In this document: piece after piece, positions 41,385 through 59,599 of the stretch
Position numbering within the stretch: the stretch's first letter is position 1
How the letters are laid out: every line of letters starts with the position of its first letter
Source of the DNA: the human T2T-CHM13v2.0 reference genome, Homo sapiens
Length of the DNA stretch: 64,000 nt
Strand: one strand, 5' to 3'
Assembly (NCBI RefSeq): GCF_009914755.1
Contig: NC_060932.1
Program-made: the position numbers and the translations under genes
Notes under the pieces: model-generated
The model's database searches: none
Seen by the model: the letters and a program-made list of their open reading frames with translations, nothing else
What the model was told of the DNA's origin: nothing

Positions 41385-42290
41385 AACACAAGCAAAAGAA
41401 AATATGAGTGGCAATATACAATTCTTACTTTAAAATGTAGAATTTTAGGCCAAAATATTAAACAAGAATAAGTGGGATATTATATGATGATCACAAGCCC
41501 TTATGCACCTAGCAAATACACTACACTACAAGAAACCAAAGGCTGTGAGCAATAGAGAGAGGAATTTAAAGCATTACAGTCTTAATCAAGATATTAACAT
41601 AGCATTTTTATAAATCAATACATTAAGTGGAGAAAATATAATATGGACAATTTGAATAATACTACCAATAATTTTCAAATCTGTATTAATGTCAAATTTC
41701 CTATGTATAATATTTTACTTATAAACAGTGAAAGAATATAAATATCCAATGCTAGTAAGTACATATCTTTCAAGATATATCATAAACTACAGCAGGGCAA
41801 ATCTAATAATAATAGGATTGTATTAAAATTTGGAATTAAAAGAATAAACAATACTCTACCTCTAACTCATGATCGAAGAAGAAACCAAAACTAAAATGGG
41901 AGATTGTTTAGATTTAAAAACCTACAGAATGCTCTCAAGCAGCACTGAAAAAAGTAATAGTCTTATTGCTTTTATTATGATGATGTGACTTAGTTAACTA
42001 ATGAATTTACTTATGTCAACAAGACTTAAAAACTGAACATGAAGAGACACCTGAAAAGCTATAAGAAAGGCTTTAGAATACAAAATAAATAAATTAGGAA
42101 ATAAAAAATACACTAGAAAACAGATAACCAAAAATATAAACAAACCCAAGGCAAGAATGACTCCTATAAGAAAGAAAGGAGAAAAACAGGGGAAATATTG
42201 ATGTCATCAGAGATGAGAAAGGAAAAATAAATAATTATATCAAGAGGAGATGATAGGCTATCAGGTTAAAAATAAATAATCTATATTCAA
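41385..42290 (+). mobile_element. Ancient L1M ORF2 (endonuclease region) remnant
   Basis: tagaattttaggccaaaa, gggatattatatgatgat, ttatgcaccta, atcagagatgagaaagga motifs. Confidence 0.6.
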
Positions 42291-42934
42291 TTGTATATTA
42301 TTATTTTATTTTATAACCAAGAAAAAATTTATTCATATTGTCCCATCAAATAACTATATGTTTATAAAATATCTAAAAATATATAAATTCTTAAAAGTGA
42401 TTAACTCTAGGGGAATAAAAGATTACAGAGGATTTTGTGTATTCAAATTTTTACAAAGTCCAGGTATTAATTAAACGTAACAAAAATGTATTCCATTTTC
42501 AGAGAAGAATAAAAGTATTTAAGAGCCTAATTTTACTAATGCCATATTTACTAATTTCCATTTAGAAATCCAGTGCATAATATTAATACTGTTTTCCTTC
42601 TGTAAAAGCACCAGATTAACAACAAAAAAGAAATGAAATGTAACATGATATTAATGTGCACGCACCTGCTTTAAAAACGCTTTGGGTTGTTTTCTTTTGT
42701 TTTAAACAAATAGTATAGAAAAGATGTGTTATCCAAGATGGAGAAGTTTAGGGAACTCAGCAATATTTCAATAGAATATTTGAAAGAAAGGGAATATATG
42801 ACAAAAACATACGGGAAAGCTGTAAATTTAAACTACAATTGAGGTCAAAGTTGAACAACTTATTTGAATTTGGGGAGGGGAGGTACAGAAAAATAAACCA
42901 ATTCTCATTCACCTTCCATTCTCTCCCAGTTGTG

Positions 42935-43075
42935 TATTTATTCATTCCTTGTACAATTATTAAAAATTTTATGTATGCCAGGCACTGTGTTAAGCACCAG
43001 AAATACAAAGATTAAGTCAATCTTTCATTTTCATTAGCTCACAGACTTGTAGGCAGTAGAATAAGTAAACTGTAA
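42935..43075 (-). mobile_element. L2 3' end
   Basis: tttattcattc...tatgccaggcactgtgttaagcacc.gaaatacaaaga...agctcacag. Confidence 0.75.
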
Positions 43076-43111
43076 CATAATTACTCATAGCATCCAGTGT
43101 CATACAGTAGC

Positions 43112-43232
43112 ATACCTAAAACTGTAATACACATTAAAATTATACTGGGATGTTATTAAAATGCAGATTCTAATTCAGTATATCCCTGGTGGTGTCTGAG
43201 ACCTGGAAAGTCTAATAAACATTACTGATTCA
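43112..43232. mobile_element. MER5A fragment (hAT-Charlie)
   Basis: ttaaaatgcagattctaattcagta...ctgaga motif. Confidence 0.6.
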
Positions 43233-43309
43233 CCAACCCCAGTTTCAAGTGCAAAGGGATAGCGCTTCTAACTGGCACTCCATCTCTGGTCTAACTGCCC
43301 ATGGTGCAC

Positions 43310-43945
43310 ACACAGATTCTTACATGACATCAACCTTCCCTATTTCCATGCATCTTCATGCTCACTCTACTTTTTCCTCAGGTGATCCCATGCACACCTC
43401 TGTCTTCAATTATGACTTCGGTCATAAAGACTCAAAATAACTATCAATAACCCTCTTCTGATTTCCAGACTCTCATACTCAACTGCTTATTTGACATCAA
43501 GTTTTCTATCCTTCAAAGGCATCTCAAACTCGCCACGTCTGAAGCTGAACTCACTGTACTTTTCCATCCCAAACCTCTCAGAAAGTACTGGTCATTTCAT
43601 ATCTCAGTGACACTTCTTACAGTTGAGATTTTCCCCTAAATATCTATTTAATTGAAGTATATAAGCCCCATAGAGAAAGGAACCATGCCTGATTTTACTT
43701 GCCATTTATTTCCATTTACTAGAACAGCATTTGAACAAAGTAGACATTCAAGGAAAACTTGGAGTGAAATGTTGATTAAAAATTACTCTCTGCCTAAATC
43801 TGCATGTTCACAGTCAGATAACTGAGCATCCCCGAGGTGAACAGCCCTACTCCAGGGACAGTCACTCCTATTACACAGACCTCCAAAAGCAAATTATTTT
43901 CACATATAAAGTGTTCAGTAAACATTTGTTTTAAGTAAATGAATG
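43310..43945 (+). mobile_element. L2 remnants
   Basis: caactgcttatttgacatc, aggcatctcaaact, gctgaactc; 3'-end motifs at ~43660-43770 and ~43900-43945 (gtaaacatttgtt...aatgaatg). Confidence 0.7.
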
Positions 43946-45311
43946 GGCAATGCAATAAAAACATCTTGTACAAAATTTAATCCAACTAGAATTTATTGAG
44001 CCCAATCTGGACAAAGCTATATAATAAGCATAAGAATAAAATGTGGCCATTTTGGTGTCTCATCAGATTGGTTAAAATGATTGTTTGACTCTAGTTTAGA
44101 GATTGAATTACTATCAGAATCCCCCTTCCATATGGCTCTTTCATTTGATTTATTCAAGCAATTTGTGGTATCTCATCTTGATTCTATCAAACATATAGTG
44201 TACAACACAATTGTATTTCTATTAAGATTTTTGTGGCAGATTGATTAAAATCACTTGAACAGACCCTCTGGGAACATCTGAAACCTCAGAATTTTATGAA
44301 GACTTACTAACATAGATCTACAGAGCAGACATAGAAGGAAAAGAGGAATTTTTCAGGATTTGCTATAAACCAGAGAAATATCCCCAAACGGATCAACTTT
44401 GTTAACATTTTATTCAATATTCATCCTATAGCAGATCCTAGATTAGGATAAGAAGAAAATAGCATACTCCATTTTCTTAAGATATTAAAAATCTAAAGGG
44501 CAAGATAGATCACTCAATGTATAATTAAAATCAAGGGACTCAGTACTGTAGATGACGTGTGTACAGATGATTGAGAAAACAAGAGAATTATCAAAAGTTT
44601 AGGAAAGTGACATTGGTAAGAGGAGGAGGTTTAAATACAGCTACCTTGAGAAAATGACTTCTAAGCTGAGTGTTTAAAGGCTAAAAGAAAATAACTTCTT
44701 AATTGTGTGGTTGGGAAGGAAATTTGGGCAGAGAATATAAATTTTGTGATTTGACTTGTGTATACACTATCGGTAACAACTGGAGGCCAAGGCTTTTACA
44801 TTTTATGAAGGTTTGAATAAATTATTTTAATGACCTAGATGGCTTTTCATTCGAGCTTTTTTTTCTCACAAATGATATTTTCCTGTGCAAACAAAAGATG
44901 GAATTGTAAAGTGTAAAAAAGCATTTTCTTTACATAGTCAGTATCAGCCTTATGAGAACATTTACATCATTGTGCTACTAATACTAATCTATTTTTTGAC
45001 AAGTGTGATGGATTGAGAAATATGTAAAGCTATTGAGAAACTATGACCCAATTAACACCGCACTCTCATATCCACTAAAATGAGATTGCCTGTCCTCTTT
45101 CAAATAAAAACAGCAGGTTAAATTTTGGGCTTAAAATCCAATATGTCACCTACAATTTTCATCTTCTTAGTTATTAAATCATGTTATTATATTTGGGTGT
45201 CCACGAGATATTAAAATTCTAGGCCACTGGCCTAATTGTGTTGTGACACCCTACTCCTATCTGTTGCAGAGGACTACACACTGAAACATCTACTTTCATC
45301 ATTATTCTTTA

Positions 45312-49060
<3,749 letters not shown>

Positions 49061-49064
49061 TAAT

Positions 49065-49485
49065 TTACTTTAGAAAACTTGTAAGTGTCCATTTATTCTC
49101 TGACCCTTCAGGGTGTAAATCTTTTAAAAAGTCTCTTGACAGTTTTACAGCACTGGAATATCTTTCTCAAAAACCCAGGAGCCATCCCTTTGAAATGTCA
49201 TCATCGAGGAAGATAGTACCCCATCATCTCCCAGTCTTTGGCTGGGTGGGAGCTTAAGTTGTAGGCACTGTGCTGGAATTGTAAAATGACTAGAGAAAGT
49301 TTACTTTCCCTTTGGTACTTTTCCTTGCTGGTTGGTAAAGCCAACTAGCAAACATAAGTGGGCCCATGCTTTTCTCACTACAGCACTTGAATGTCCTACT
49401 CAGTACTGCTCCCGCTTGCCTATGCCAATTGTCTTGAATAAAGCCTCCCTTGTCCGTTTAACTGTGTGCAGTTTTTGCTTTGACA
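49065..49485 (+). mobile_element. ERV1-class LTR (MER67/MER31-like)
   Basis: ccaggagccatccctttgaaatg, aaagccaactagcaaaca, tcttgaataaag...ttttgctttgaca terminus. Confidence 0.7.
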
Positions 49486-50446
49486 CTACCGTAATGAATA
49501 TGCATTCTTCTCTGACCTAAAGGAATCTAGATTTAAATACTTAAGTATTGACATCCAATGCAACTCCTTTTCCAAGAGATCAGTGTCCCACAATCAAAAG
49601 CTCAATGGTTTGGAAGATGACAGAAATAAGCTCTAGGATCTTCTACTATAACTTCTTACGACCTTAGAAAAGTTGCTGAGACATTTGATAAAGGGTATTT
49701 TTATCTGAAAGACGACACGTTTTGGTAACAAGTCCTCTTTATTTGCCTGTGAATTCTGAATGTCTTTAATATTATTCTTGCAGGAGTTCTTGTTGATTTA
49801 TTTAGTTGAACCCAGTGCATATATGATTTTATCAGTTAATTCACATTAATTTTATGTACATGACATAAGAGACTAGGCTTTTTTTAAAGCCTAATGGACA
49901 TTTCCAAAATTACAACAGGAAATGAATTAAAGAGACATATTTTCTGAGGGTGAAAACAAGGAATAATTTTTCCTCTACCTATAAAGCAGCTGCTATCACC
50001 ATTTGCTGATTTGCAAATCATTATCGAATGCTTGAGCAAATCTTTTTACTTGTTGACACTGTGCAAAATCAGCTTTGAAACTGCCTATAATTGTTGGAGT
50101 CATGATTTGCTTTTTTAAATTTCAGTGTAGAAAAGGATACAATTAGTAGTATAAATTACACAACATATTTTATGGTACTTTAAAAACGTATGTTGTAATT
50201 TAAGTTCTTATGTAAAACAGAAACAAAAAAATTCTATTGTATATAGTATATGTGATATTGAACAATATAATTTCTGTAACTCCATTTTGTTTCCTGATAT
50301 GTTTTGACCAGGAAGTTCAGAATCACATAGAACATACAACTGGGAACTTGAAATTAGCATGTGATACCTGCAGCACCAAAACTTTCATCAGGATACACCT
50401 GGAAAGAGAAATCGCTAACCTGATGAGCATTTCCTAGGTGCTAGCT

Positions 50447-50624
50447 TAGTGATTCCCAAACTGGCCATGCATTTTAGAATTAATCAGAGGTCTCTGAAAA
50501 CTTCCAAAGCCCAGACCACAACCCACACCAATTAAATCACAATGTTTTGAAGTGAAACCCAACTTCAGTGTTTTTTGAAGCTCCCCAGCATGTTCCAAGG
50601 TGTAAACAAATGTGAGAACCGCTG
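50447..50624. mobile_element. MER5A/MER5A1
   Basis: agtgattcccaaact...cccagaccac...ccaattaaatca...aagctcccca...tgagaaccgctg. Confidence 0.8.
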
Positions 50625-51003
50625 CACTGAACTCTGTATTAAGAACTCTTCGTGCATGATTTCATGGGAATTCTCACAACCACCCTATGAGGCACACATC
50701 CTTTTGTGAACTATAGTCCATGATACTACAATGAACAAAGTACTTGGAAACAAAATTACTTTTGGCAAATTCAACTGGGTGAAAACATAAGACGAATGAA
50801 GAGGGAAGTGATTTTAGGAAAAAAAAAAAAAAAAAGGAAATACAGCACATCACTCTGCCTCCAATCTGGACCAACTGTGGGAAATTTGAAATTCCCAGTA
50901 ATCTGTTGGGAAAAGGGACTTAAGGTTATCTCTCTGCTATGTCTCCAAGATCTAGATTATGGCAATGTTCAAAAAGACACACATCTATAAGAATTCCAGC
51001 CTC

Positions 51004-51294
<291 letters not shown>

Positions 51295-51743
51295 TCATCC
51301 AAAGGGGAATTGTGTAGCAGCGTTCCATCGAAGCACAATGAGAAGAAAATCCTCTCCTGGTTCTTATCAAAAGCCTGGATGTGTAAATAACATTCACAGA
51401 CAACAATCTGAAAGATATGTAGGCTTCCATGCTATCAATCTAGATTTTTCCCTAAATGAGGAGAGCTGACCCACTTGAACACTGTTTTTGACCCAGTGAG
51501 ATTGTTTTCACTGGATTGTATCTTAACACGGGATTTTCAGCTTCCACTGACAGATATTATATGGCATATGTGTAGTATGCTTTGTAACCTAATATAGGAC
51601 TCAGTATATATCTCAGGGACAATTACACAGCAGTGATTTCTCCCCAGTTTGGTGATGATAAAATGCTGTGTTTTCTCTTACGAAATAGTATGTTTTTACC
51701 TTATTGACAATATAATATCTGTAACTCCACTTTTTTCCACTTT

Positions 51744-51780
<37 letters not shown>

Positions 51781-51829
51781 AGAAATAGTTATGAACTACT
51801 TATCAGGCTTTAAAATCAAGAAAAATTTT

Positions 51830-51860
<31 letters not shown>

Positions 51861-51982
51861 CACACACATATCTAAACATTGTTTATATTTTTCAAATGCA
51901 TTTCCATAAACATATATATGTGTGTGCGTGTGTGTATGTGTGTATATATATATATACATATATATATATATACACATATATA
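51744..51982. repeat. Compound (TA)n/(TG)n/(CA)n microsatellite cluster abutting an Alu tail
   Basis: Three dinucleotide arrays (51744-51780, 51830-51870, 51912-51982) with unique sequence between them. Confidence 0.9.
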
Positions 51983-52278
51983 TTTTTTTTTTTTCTGAGA
52001 TGGAGCCTCAATCTGTCGCTCAAGCTGTAGTGCAGTGGCACGATCTTCACTCACTGTAACCTCTGCCTCCTGGTTTCAAGCGATTCTCTCGCCCCAGCCT
52101 CAGAAGTAGCTGGGATACAGGCGCTCACCACCACACCCGGCTAATTTTTTGTGTTTTTAGTAGACACATGGTTTCACCATGTTGGCCAGGATGGTTTCAA
52201 ACTCCTGACCTCAAGTGATCCACCTGCCTTGGCCTCTCAAAGTGCTAGGATTACAGGTGTCAGCCACCGCGCCTGTCC
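51983..52278 (-). mobile_element. Alu (AluSx/Sz-like)
   Basis: Reverse Alu dimer with gacctcaagtga. Confidence 0.96.
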
Positions 52279-53479
52279 CTCCCTATATATTTTGACTAGG
52301 AAGTTCAGGGCCATATGTGTGACACTTTTTAGAAACTGATAAATCTAAATGTGCAAAATCTTATATACTAATATTCCCTGTGACCTAATATTACTATCTT
52401 TAGTTATCATTACCATTCCAATTTTTTTATTTTTAACTTGTTAGATGTATTTTACAAGTTGCTTTGTTGCTTATAAATACATTTAAGATATCTATTCCTA
52501 TGACCCTTACACCCTGTCTATCTCTAGCTGTGAAGTTTCTGACAACAACACATAAGGTCAAACACAGTTTCACTTGTAACAACGTCACTTTCACCCTAGC
52601 AAGAGAATATTTGTGGCATTCAATAAAAAGCACAGCATAGATACAGAGTACAAAAATATGACAAAGCAAGATGAAAAACTTACACCATCCCACACCGGTG
52701 TTAATCTTGAGCTAAATGTTAATCCTACTCTACAATTCATGAATTACAGAACATGTGTACTGCTTCCATTCTGAATGCTAACAACCAAAAAAGTGTAGAT
52801 AGGCCAAGTTCAGCACTTAACCTACCATATGTAGTGGCTTAAGTTCTAGAAAAAGATTGGCTTTAAAATTTGAGTGACGTACATTGTTGAATTTAAATTT
52901 CAAATGATTAAAGTTTTCTGCAGTTTCACTTTCTTTGTGAGAGATACATTTCAAACATGCAATAGCACATGGAGCATCCTTGAGTCTACAAACACCAATG
53001 TCTTTGCCCACAAAGAAGTTTACTTCTCTCTGTTGTTCTGGTAACTCCTTTTCACGGAAAGTATTTATTCACCAAAGGATACAGTTTCCCTGACAGACTG
53101 GTATACAGAAACATAGGAAAGAGTGTTCTGTTAGAAGGAACTCGTTGAGGGAAGGCGCTATGTCTTCTTCACAGTGAAGCCTCCACCCCATCCCTCCCCA
53201 CAGATCTCTTTACCGGTGAGAACTCACCCTTGCTAGCAGCTGCCACCAGCATGGAGAACAGAGCTTGGTCAAACAAAGGCACTAAATGAACATTTGCTTA
53301 ATGACTAATGAGACAATCCATGTACCCAGCACTAAACAGCTATTTAATATTTACTTAATATGCTGAAAAACATTACTTTATCACCAATTCTAAAGAGTAG
53401 TGCTTTATCATTTTATCTAACTACTACATTACTTTCTTTCATCCACATCATCTAATATTTTCTTACATTTTAACAAAGA

Positions 53480-53690
53480 GAGTTTATTATGTTCCAGGCT
53501 CAGTGACAGGTATTTTACAGGCCAATCACCTTAATCCTAGTAACATCATCATTTACATTTAGAATACAGGAAAATAAAGGCTTAAAAATATGCAAAATCT
53601 TGCCTGAGACTACACCACAAGAACACCAAAGAAAAGCCCAAAGTTTTGAGAAAAGTTCAATCCCAAGACTCAAAACTCTCTCCCTACATA
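53480..53690 (-). mobile_element. MIR
   Basis: ttattatgttccaggc...ttaatcct..taac...aggaaaataaaggct...cttgcctgaga. Confidence 0.65.
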
Positions 53691-53797
53691 TTTTTTATTG
53701 TCTCAGACCTCTTAGGGATGAAACTTTCCATATTTTTAAACCAAAAAGCTATCTATGATTTTAAGAGATATATTTTTCTAAAAATATTCATCATATC

Positions 53798-53831
53798 ATG
53801 AACTAGTTATCAGGCTTTAAAATCAAGAACA

Positions 53832-53873
<42 letters not shown>

Positions 53874-53918
53874 CACACACATATATATCTAAATATTGTT
53901 TATTTTTTTCAAATGCAT
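53798..53918 (+). repeat. Direct repeat of 51791-51901 including a (CA)n array
   Basis: atgaacta(g/c)ttatcaggctttaaaatcaagaa(c/a)aatttta(ca)n...tctaaa(t/c)attgttta...ttcaaatgcat occurs twice, ~2 kb apart. Confidence 0.95.
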
Positions 53919-54141
53919 AAATTTGATTCCATTTCTTTATAATTTGGGGATGATGTCATGCTATCATCTTTTGTCCTCTGTTGACCTCATATTTATAGCT
54001 CTGAAGTTTCTTTTCCTGTCGCGGCTAGGTGCGTACTTTCATGTTCTCATATGCTACCTCCATTCTACTCTATGTCTTTGCATTTTTATGTTAGTTTCAA
54101 AAGATTATTTCGTATTTGTTTCTTTAAAAATTGTGCCTGCT

Positions 54142-54440
<299 letters not shown>

Positions 54441-54699
54441 AAAAATTGTATCTGCTTGCATTTGGTGTATTTCACCTTAAATTTCTGTCAGAGAGACTTT
54501 TGCTTGATCTTGTAAACCAGATTTTATCACCATTTCGCCTAAGTTAGGTTTTGCCAGCTGCATCCCAACTTCCACTAGGCCTGAAACAAGTCTTCAAATC
54601 TCACTTTCCTTTGCATTCTATGCTATGAAATACCTTTCTTTAATAAAGTAAAGCTTGGTGGGCCATCTGTATTTCTCAAACACTAAAGAAGACCGATAA

Positions 54700-55037
<338 letters not shown>

Positions 55038-56091
55038 AAGTTTACTATTTTCTTACAGAGGCAAGGCATATATGAAAAACAATGGAAAATATTAAAAATT
55101 ATGAATACACTAAAAGGCATTAACTTGAATATCATCAAGCATATCATCTCAGGTAACATCAAAAACAAATTTTAATTACTCCTAATTCTTGTCATTAAAA
55201 AGTTAAACATGTATGACTGTAATACTCACAAATTTCATCCCAACAGGCAGATGTTTTTGGAATTGCTAAATTTCATCTTCAATGTATTTATATTAAACTA
55301 TCTGCATCTATAATTCAAAAACCAGGATCCAGGAAATTTGTAGCCATTAAAAATTAAAGAATCTACAAGGATGGGAAGTAATGTACAAGGCTTACATAAT
55401 CTCTTTTGGAAATTTTAATGGATATGCCTTATTATGTCTTTCTGCTACAGTTGTTCAGTGTTGCTTTTTAATGTAAACTGCTACCTTATTTTCTCCCCTG
55501 AGAAAACTTTACTTGATGTAAATAAAGCAACCTTGGCCATAAACTGCATTTTAGAAAATGTTTTCTAACTGCACTTGAATCAAAGGCACTGTTATTAATA
55601 CCACATATGAATTCGAAGCTGTGCCTTTTAAATCAACCAATATTCTACACTAAAAAAGTTCTTCATTTCTTTTTCCTAAATATGTTAGACTGGTTATTAG
55701 GATATGAATAGACAGTGATAGCTTTGGGCAGGTGATGACAAGTAATCCTTAAAATGAAACAAGTGATTGAAAATGCAGCTTTGTGTTTTCCCTTTAGGGC
55801 ATAGTAAATTTCGTAAATCTAGTTTCCATTTATTTATTTTGTATTTTTTCTCACTGTGTGTTAAATGCTAGTAATAACATATTTGTACAACCTTGTTAAA
55901 TTTTAGGAATCATGCTTAAAATTATTACCTCAAGTATCCTTCATGACAAACTTAGGAAATAGGGAAACACTGATTTACCAATGCAGATACCAAAATTTTG
56001 AAAAGTAAAGTGATGGAGATCCTATCAGTGCAAAGAGATGAGGGCTTGTGCTTTCTGGTGGCAAGAGATGGCCATGCAGTGGAATTCTTAC

Positions 56092-56176
56092 CTGTGGTCT
56101 ATGGTGGATGTAAGGAAGGAAACGATCACTAGCTTAAAATGAAATGTTTTGGCCTGACTGTGCTCTTTCCCTGATC
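56092..56176 (-). other. Candidate 85-nt spliced exon
   Basis: Minus: long pyrimidine-rich stretch ...tttctgttcttcttg...tttccgtccttag|GATCAGG...ACCACAG|gtaaga. Confidence 0.35.
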
Positions 56177-56391
56177 CTAAGGACGGAAATTGAGCCAGAT
56201 TTGATCAAGAAGAACAGAAACGGTCCAGAGGAAGGCAGAGTAACAAGTAAGAAGGAATCTACTCATTAATCAGAGACCTGGGATACCCAAGTATTGACTT
56301 GACATCAGAAATAATCTCCCACATTTTGAGGGTCTAATTTTTTATTACATTTTTATGTTTGTCTTCATTGATATAGAAATATCTATCTATC

Positions 56392-56769
56392 TGTGTTAGT
56401 CTGTTTTCACGTTGCTGATGAAGACATAACCGAGACTGGTCAATTTACAAAAGAAAGAGGTTTAATTGGACTTATGGTTCCATGTGGCTGAGGAAGCCTC
56501 ACAATCATGGTGGAAGGCACAGAGGAGCAAGTCACGTCTTACGTGAATGGCAGCAGGCAAAGAGAGAGAATGAGGAAGATGCAGAAGCGGAAACCCCTGA
56601 TAAAACCATCAGATCTCATGAGACTTATTCACCACCATGAGAACATTATGGGGGAAACTGCCCCTGTGATTCAATCATCTCCCACTGGGTCCCTCCCACA
56701 ACATGTGAGGATTATGGAAGTACAATTCAAGATGAGATATGGGTGGGGACACAGAGCCAAACCATATCA
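56392..56769 (-). mobile_element. THE1A/B MaLR solo LTR
   Basis: Complete antisense LTR tgtgttagtc...agccaaaccatatca with perfect 5-bp TSD ctatc (56387-56391, 56770-56774). Confidence 0.95.
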
Positions 56770-57805
56770 CTATCTATTAATAATCTGTCTCTCTATCTAT
56801 CTTTTATCTATCCATGCATACTTGTGCTATCCATTCCCATCTTTAGTCTATCTCGCTTCTCAATTCTACCACCTACTCCCCACCATGCCTCATTACTGGA
56901 CATCCAGATGCACAATAGCATTCCCTTTGCTCAACTTGCCTTGACACAATTCACCAAAAATCGGACTGCCCTACTAAATCTTAATTAAATATGGCTTGTA
57001 TAAAAATTTCTTCCCTTGCTCAGAAATCTCCTACCAACTCATATTTGCTGTGGAATAGAGCACATTCCCTTAGCCTTTCACTGAAACTCCTCCTAATGTG
57101 AAACCCTTCTATCCTTGTTTAAATTTCCCCTCAGCCACTCAGTTCAAATCCCATCTCTTCTAACAAATCTTGCCCAATTAACTCAGCTTTAAAGTAAATC
57201 AGTTACATAATAGTTCACATTCCTTATTATTATCAGGATATATTTCAAAACTGAATACGTTGTCTTTTCACCTGTGTTAAGATGCTACCTAAACACAGTA
57301 GAATTTAGATTTGTTTTCACTTCTGTGAGTCACTGAGAGAAGAATCAACTGGTAAAATTTTCATGCCTACTGAAACGAACTGAGTTAATTCTTCAAGCTG
57401 CCTATGAGAAAAATCAAAGGGAAACCTGGCTTCATTTCGCAATAAGAATAATCATCAGCATGAAATTTCCTTAACCATTTAAACAATTTATTAAAAACTA
57501 AGATTGGAACTATATCCCTCTATATTCTCTTCTATCCCAACTTAAATCCAAGTGGCTTTTTGTTCATGTGGTCCAACTCACATGATGGTGTCAACTCACC
57601 ACAGCCAATGTACATGATTCTATGAACAGGATGTGTATAAATATACACAGGAGAAACAAGCATGACAATTAATAGCTCCGCTTATAGCCCCAAAGAACGA
57701 GACCCACCAAATATTTTAATCATAGTGCATATTCTACTTAAAAATATAACAGCCAGATAAAGTATATTCTCTACTCAAACATCATTTCAAAAGGGAATGA
57801 CATTA

Positions 57806-58105
57806 GGCTGAAGGTGGTGGCTCACACCTGTAATCCCAGCACTTTGGGAGGCTGAAGCAGGCAGATCATTGGAGGTCAGGAGTTCAAGACCAGCCTGGCC
57901 AAAATGGTGAAACCCCATCTCTACTAAAAATACAAAAATTAGCCAGGCGTGGTGGCTCATGCCTGTAATACCAGCTACTCAGGAGGCTGAGGTGGGAGGA
58001 TCGCTTGAACCCAGGAGGCGGAGTTTGCAGTGAGCCAGGATCACGCCACTGTACTCCTGCACTCCAGCCTGGACAACAGAGCGAGACTCTGTCTCAAAAA
58101 AAAAA
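57806..58105 (+). mobile_element. Alu (AluSz/Jb-like)
   Basis: Full dimer, small internal duplication tgtactcc-tgcactcc; TSD aaaagg(g/a)aatgacatta. Confidence 0.96.
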
Positions 58106-58228
58106 AAAAGGAAATGACATTATTTGAAAATACAATTAAGACTGAAATGGATCATTTTTGCTGGACATTAGGGCTGCTGGTTATTGTCTCAAGGGACTGA
58201 ATGCAAATACTACCATTACGTGACATAT

Positions 58229-58640
58229 TGCCAAGTCCGTGGAGTTCAAAGATAGGCCAAGCCAGATTTCAACACTTGCTTTATGATTCGTTCGTTGTGT
58301 GATATACACAAATTATTTAATTTCACTGAACCTCAGTCTCATCATACAGAAAAATGAGATAACATATTTCTCAAAAGATTGTAATGAGAGTGTAATTGTA
58401 TCAATGGGCTTTGGAGTCAACTCTACTACATTTCACAGTGTAAACAGCTTTGACTCCTCCCACGTGATATGCTATCTGGCAAATTATTCACTGTCTTCTA
58501 CCTCCTCTCTCCTCATTTAAACAAGAGGCACAGTACTTCCTACCCTATTTAACTTCTGAGACTATTGTAAATGAACTAAATCGATCTAGGTAAAGCGTTA
58601 AGTGCAGTTATTCTTACATTGTAAGTGGTCAAATATATCA
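58229..58640 (+). mobile_element. Two adjacent MIR remnants
   Basis: ctgaacctcagtctcatcat..aaaaatgagataa core (~58330); second copy gggctttggagtca...gtaaagcgttaagtgcagt. Confidence 0.6.
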
Positions 58641-58842
58641 CCTTTTCCATTGCTATAGAGAAAACTAAATCATAGCACTTTTTTAATCTTTATTTTGAAA
58701 ATTCTAGATATAATTCAGGGGTGGGTGACGATAATGAATACAACAGAAATATTCACTTATTTGGCCCGTCCTACCACTATAAGCAGCAACTGCTACTGAT
58801 CGTTCAAACTTTTATTAGCATTTACTATGTGCCATTTTGCTA

Positions 58843-59065
58843 TATGGCATATACTTGGTTAAAAAGCAAATTCCGGAGACAGAGGAAGTAGTTGGAATCC
58901 CAATTTAGCCACCTATTAGCTATTTGGCCTGGAGTAAGTCATTGAATCATTTGGGTTTGGTTTCCTCATCTATAAAAACTGATAATACAAATACCTCAAG
59001 GGGTTGTTCTGGGGATTCAATGAGTTAATACATGTTAATAAGATTTTGAGAACATTGTAAGTATT
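58843..59065 (+). mobile_element. MIR
   Basis: ggttaaaa...gaatccca...aagtcattgaa...gtttcctcatctataaaa...gattcaatgagttaatacatgt. Confidence 0.8.
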
Positions 59066-59111
59066 ATGTACCTGCTGGTGCTTATTTCATTGTATTCGGT
59101 GCTGTCACTCC

Positions 59112-59580
59112 TTTTTTTTTTCTTTTTTCTTTTTTTTTTGAGACAGGTTCTCACTCTCTCGCCCAGGCTGGAGTGCAGTGGTGTAATCATAGCTCACTGC
59201 AGCCTCCAACTGCAGGTTGAACTGGTAGGCTTAAGGGATCTTCCTGCCTCAGCACACCAGGTGGCTACGGCAATTGGCACACACCACCACATCTGGCTAA
59301 TGTATTTTTATTTTTTTTTATTTTTATTTTTTGGAGACAAAGTCTCACTCCATCACCCAGGCTGAAGTGCAGTGGTGCGATCTTGGCTCACTGCAAACTC
59401 TACCTCCTGGGCTTGAGTGGTCCTCCCACCTCAGCCTCCAGAGTAGTATTTCTTAATTTTTATAAAAGTGGAGTTTTGCTAAGTTGCCCAGGCTGGTCTC
59501 ACACTCCCAGCCTCAAACGCTCCTCCTACCTTGGCCTCTCAAGGTGCTAGGATTACAGATGTGAGCCACCGTGCCCAGCC
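59112..59580 (-). mobile_element. Composite three-arm AluJ-like structure
   Basis: Right arm (59112-59300), second partly deleted right arm (~59305-59446) and left arm (~59455-59580); tgtcact flanks both ends. Confidence 0.9.
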
Positions 59581-59599
59581 TTGTCACTAATTGTTAAAT

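Noticed and set aside
56507-56944. 145-aa ORF, the longest in the window
   Set aside because: Begins within the antisense THE1 LTR and runs into low-complexity DNA; no recognisable homology.
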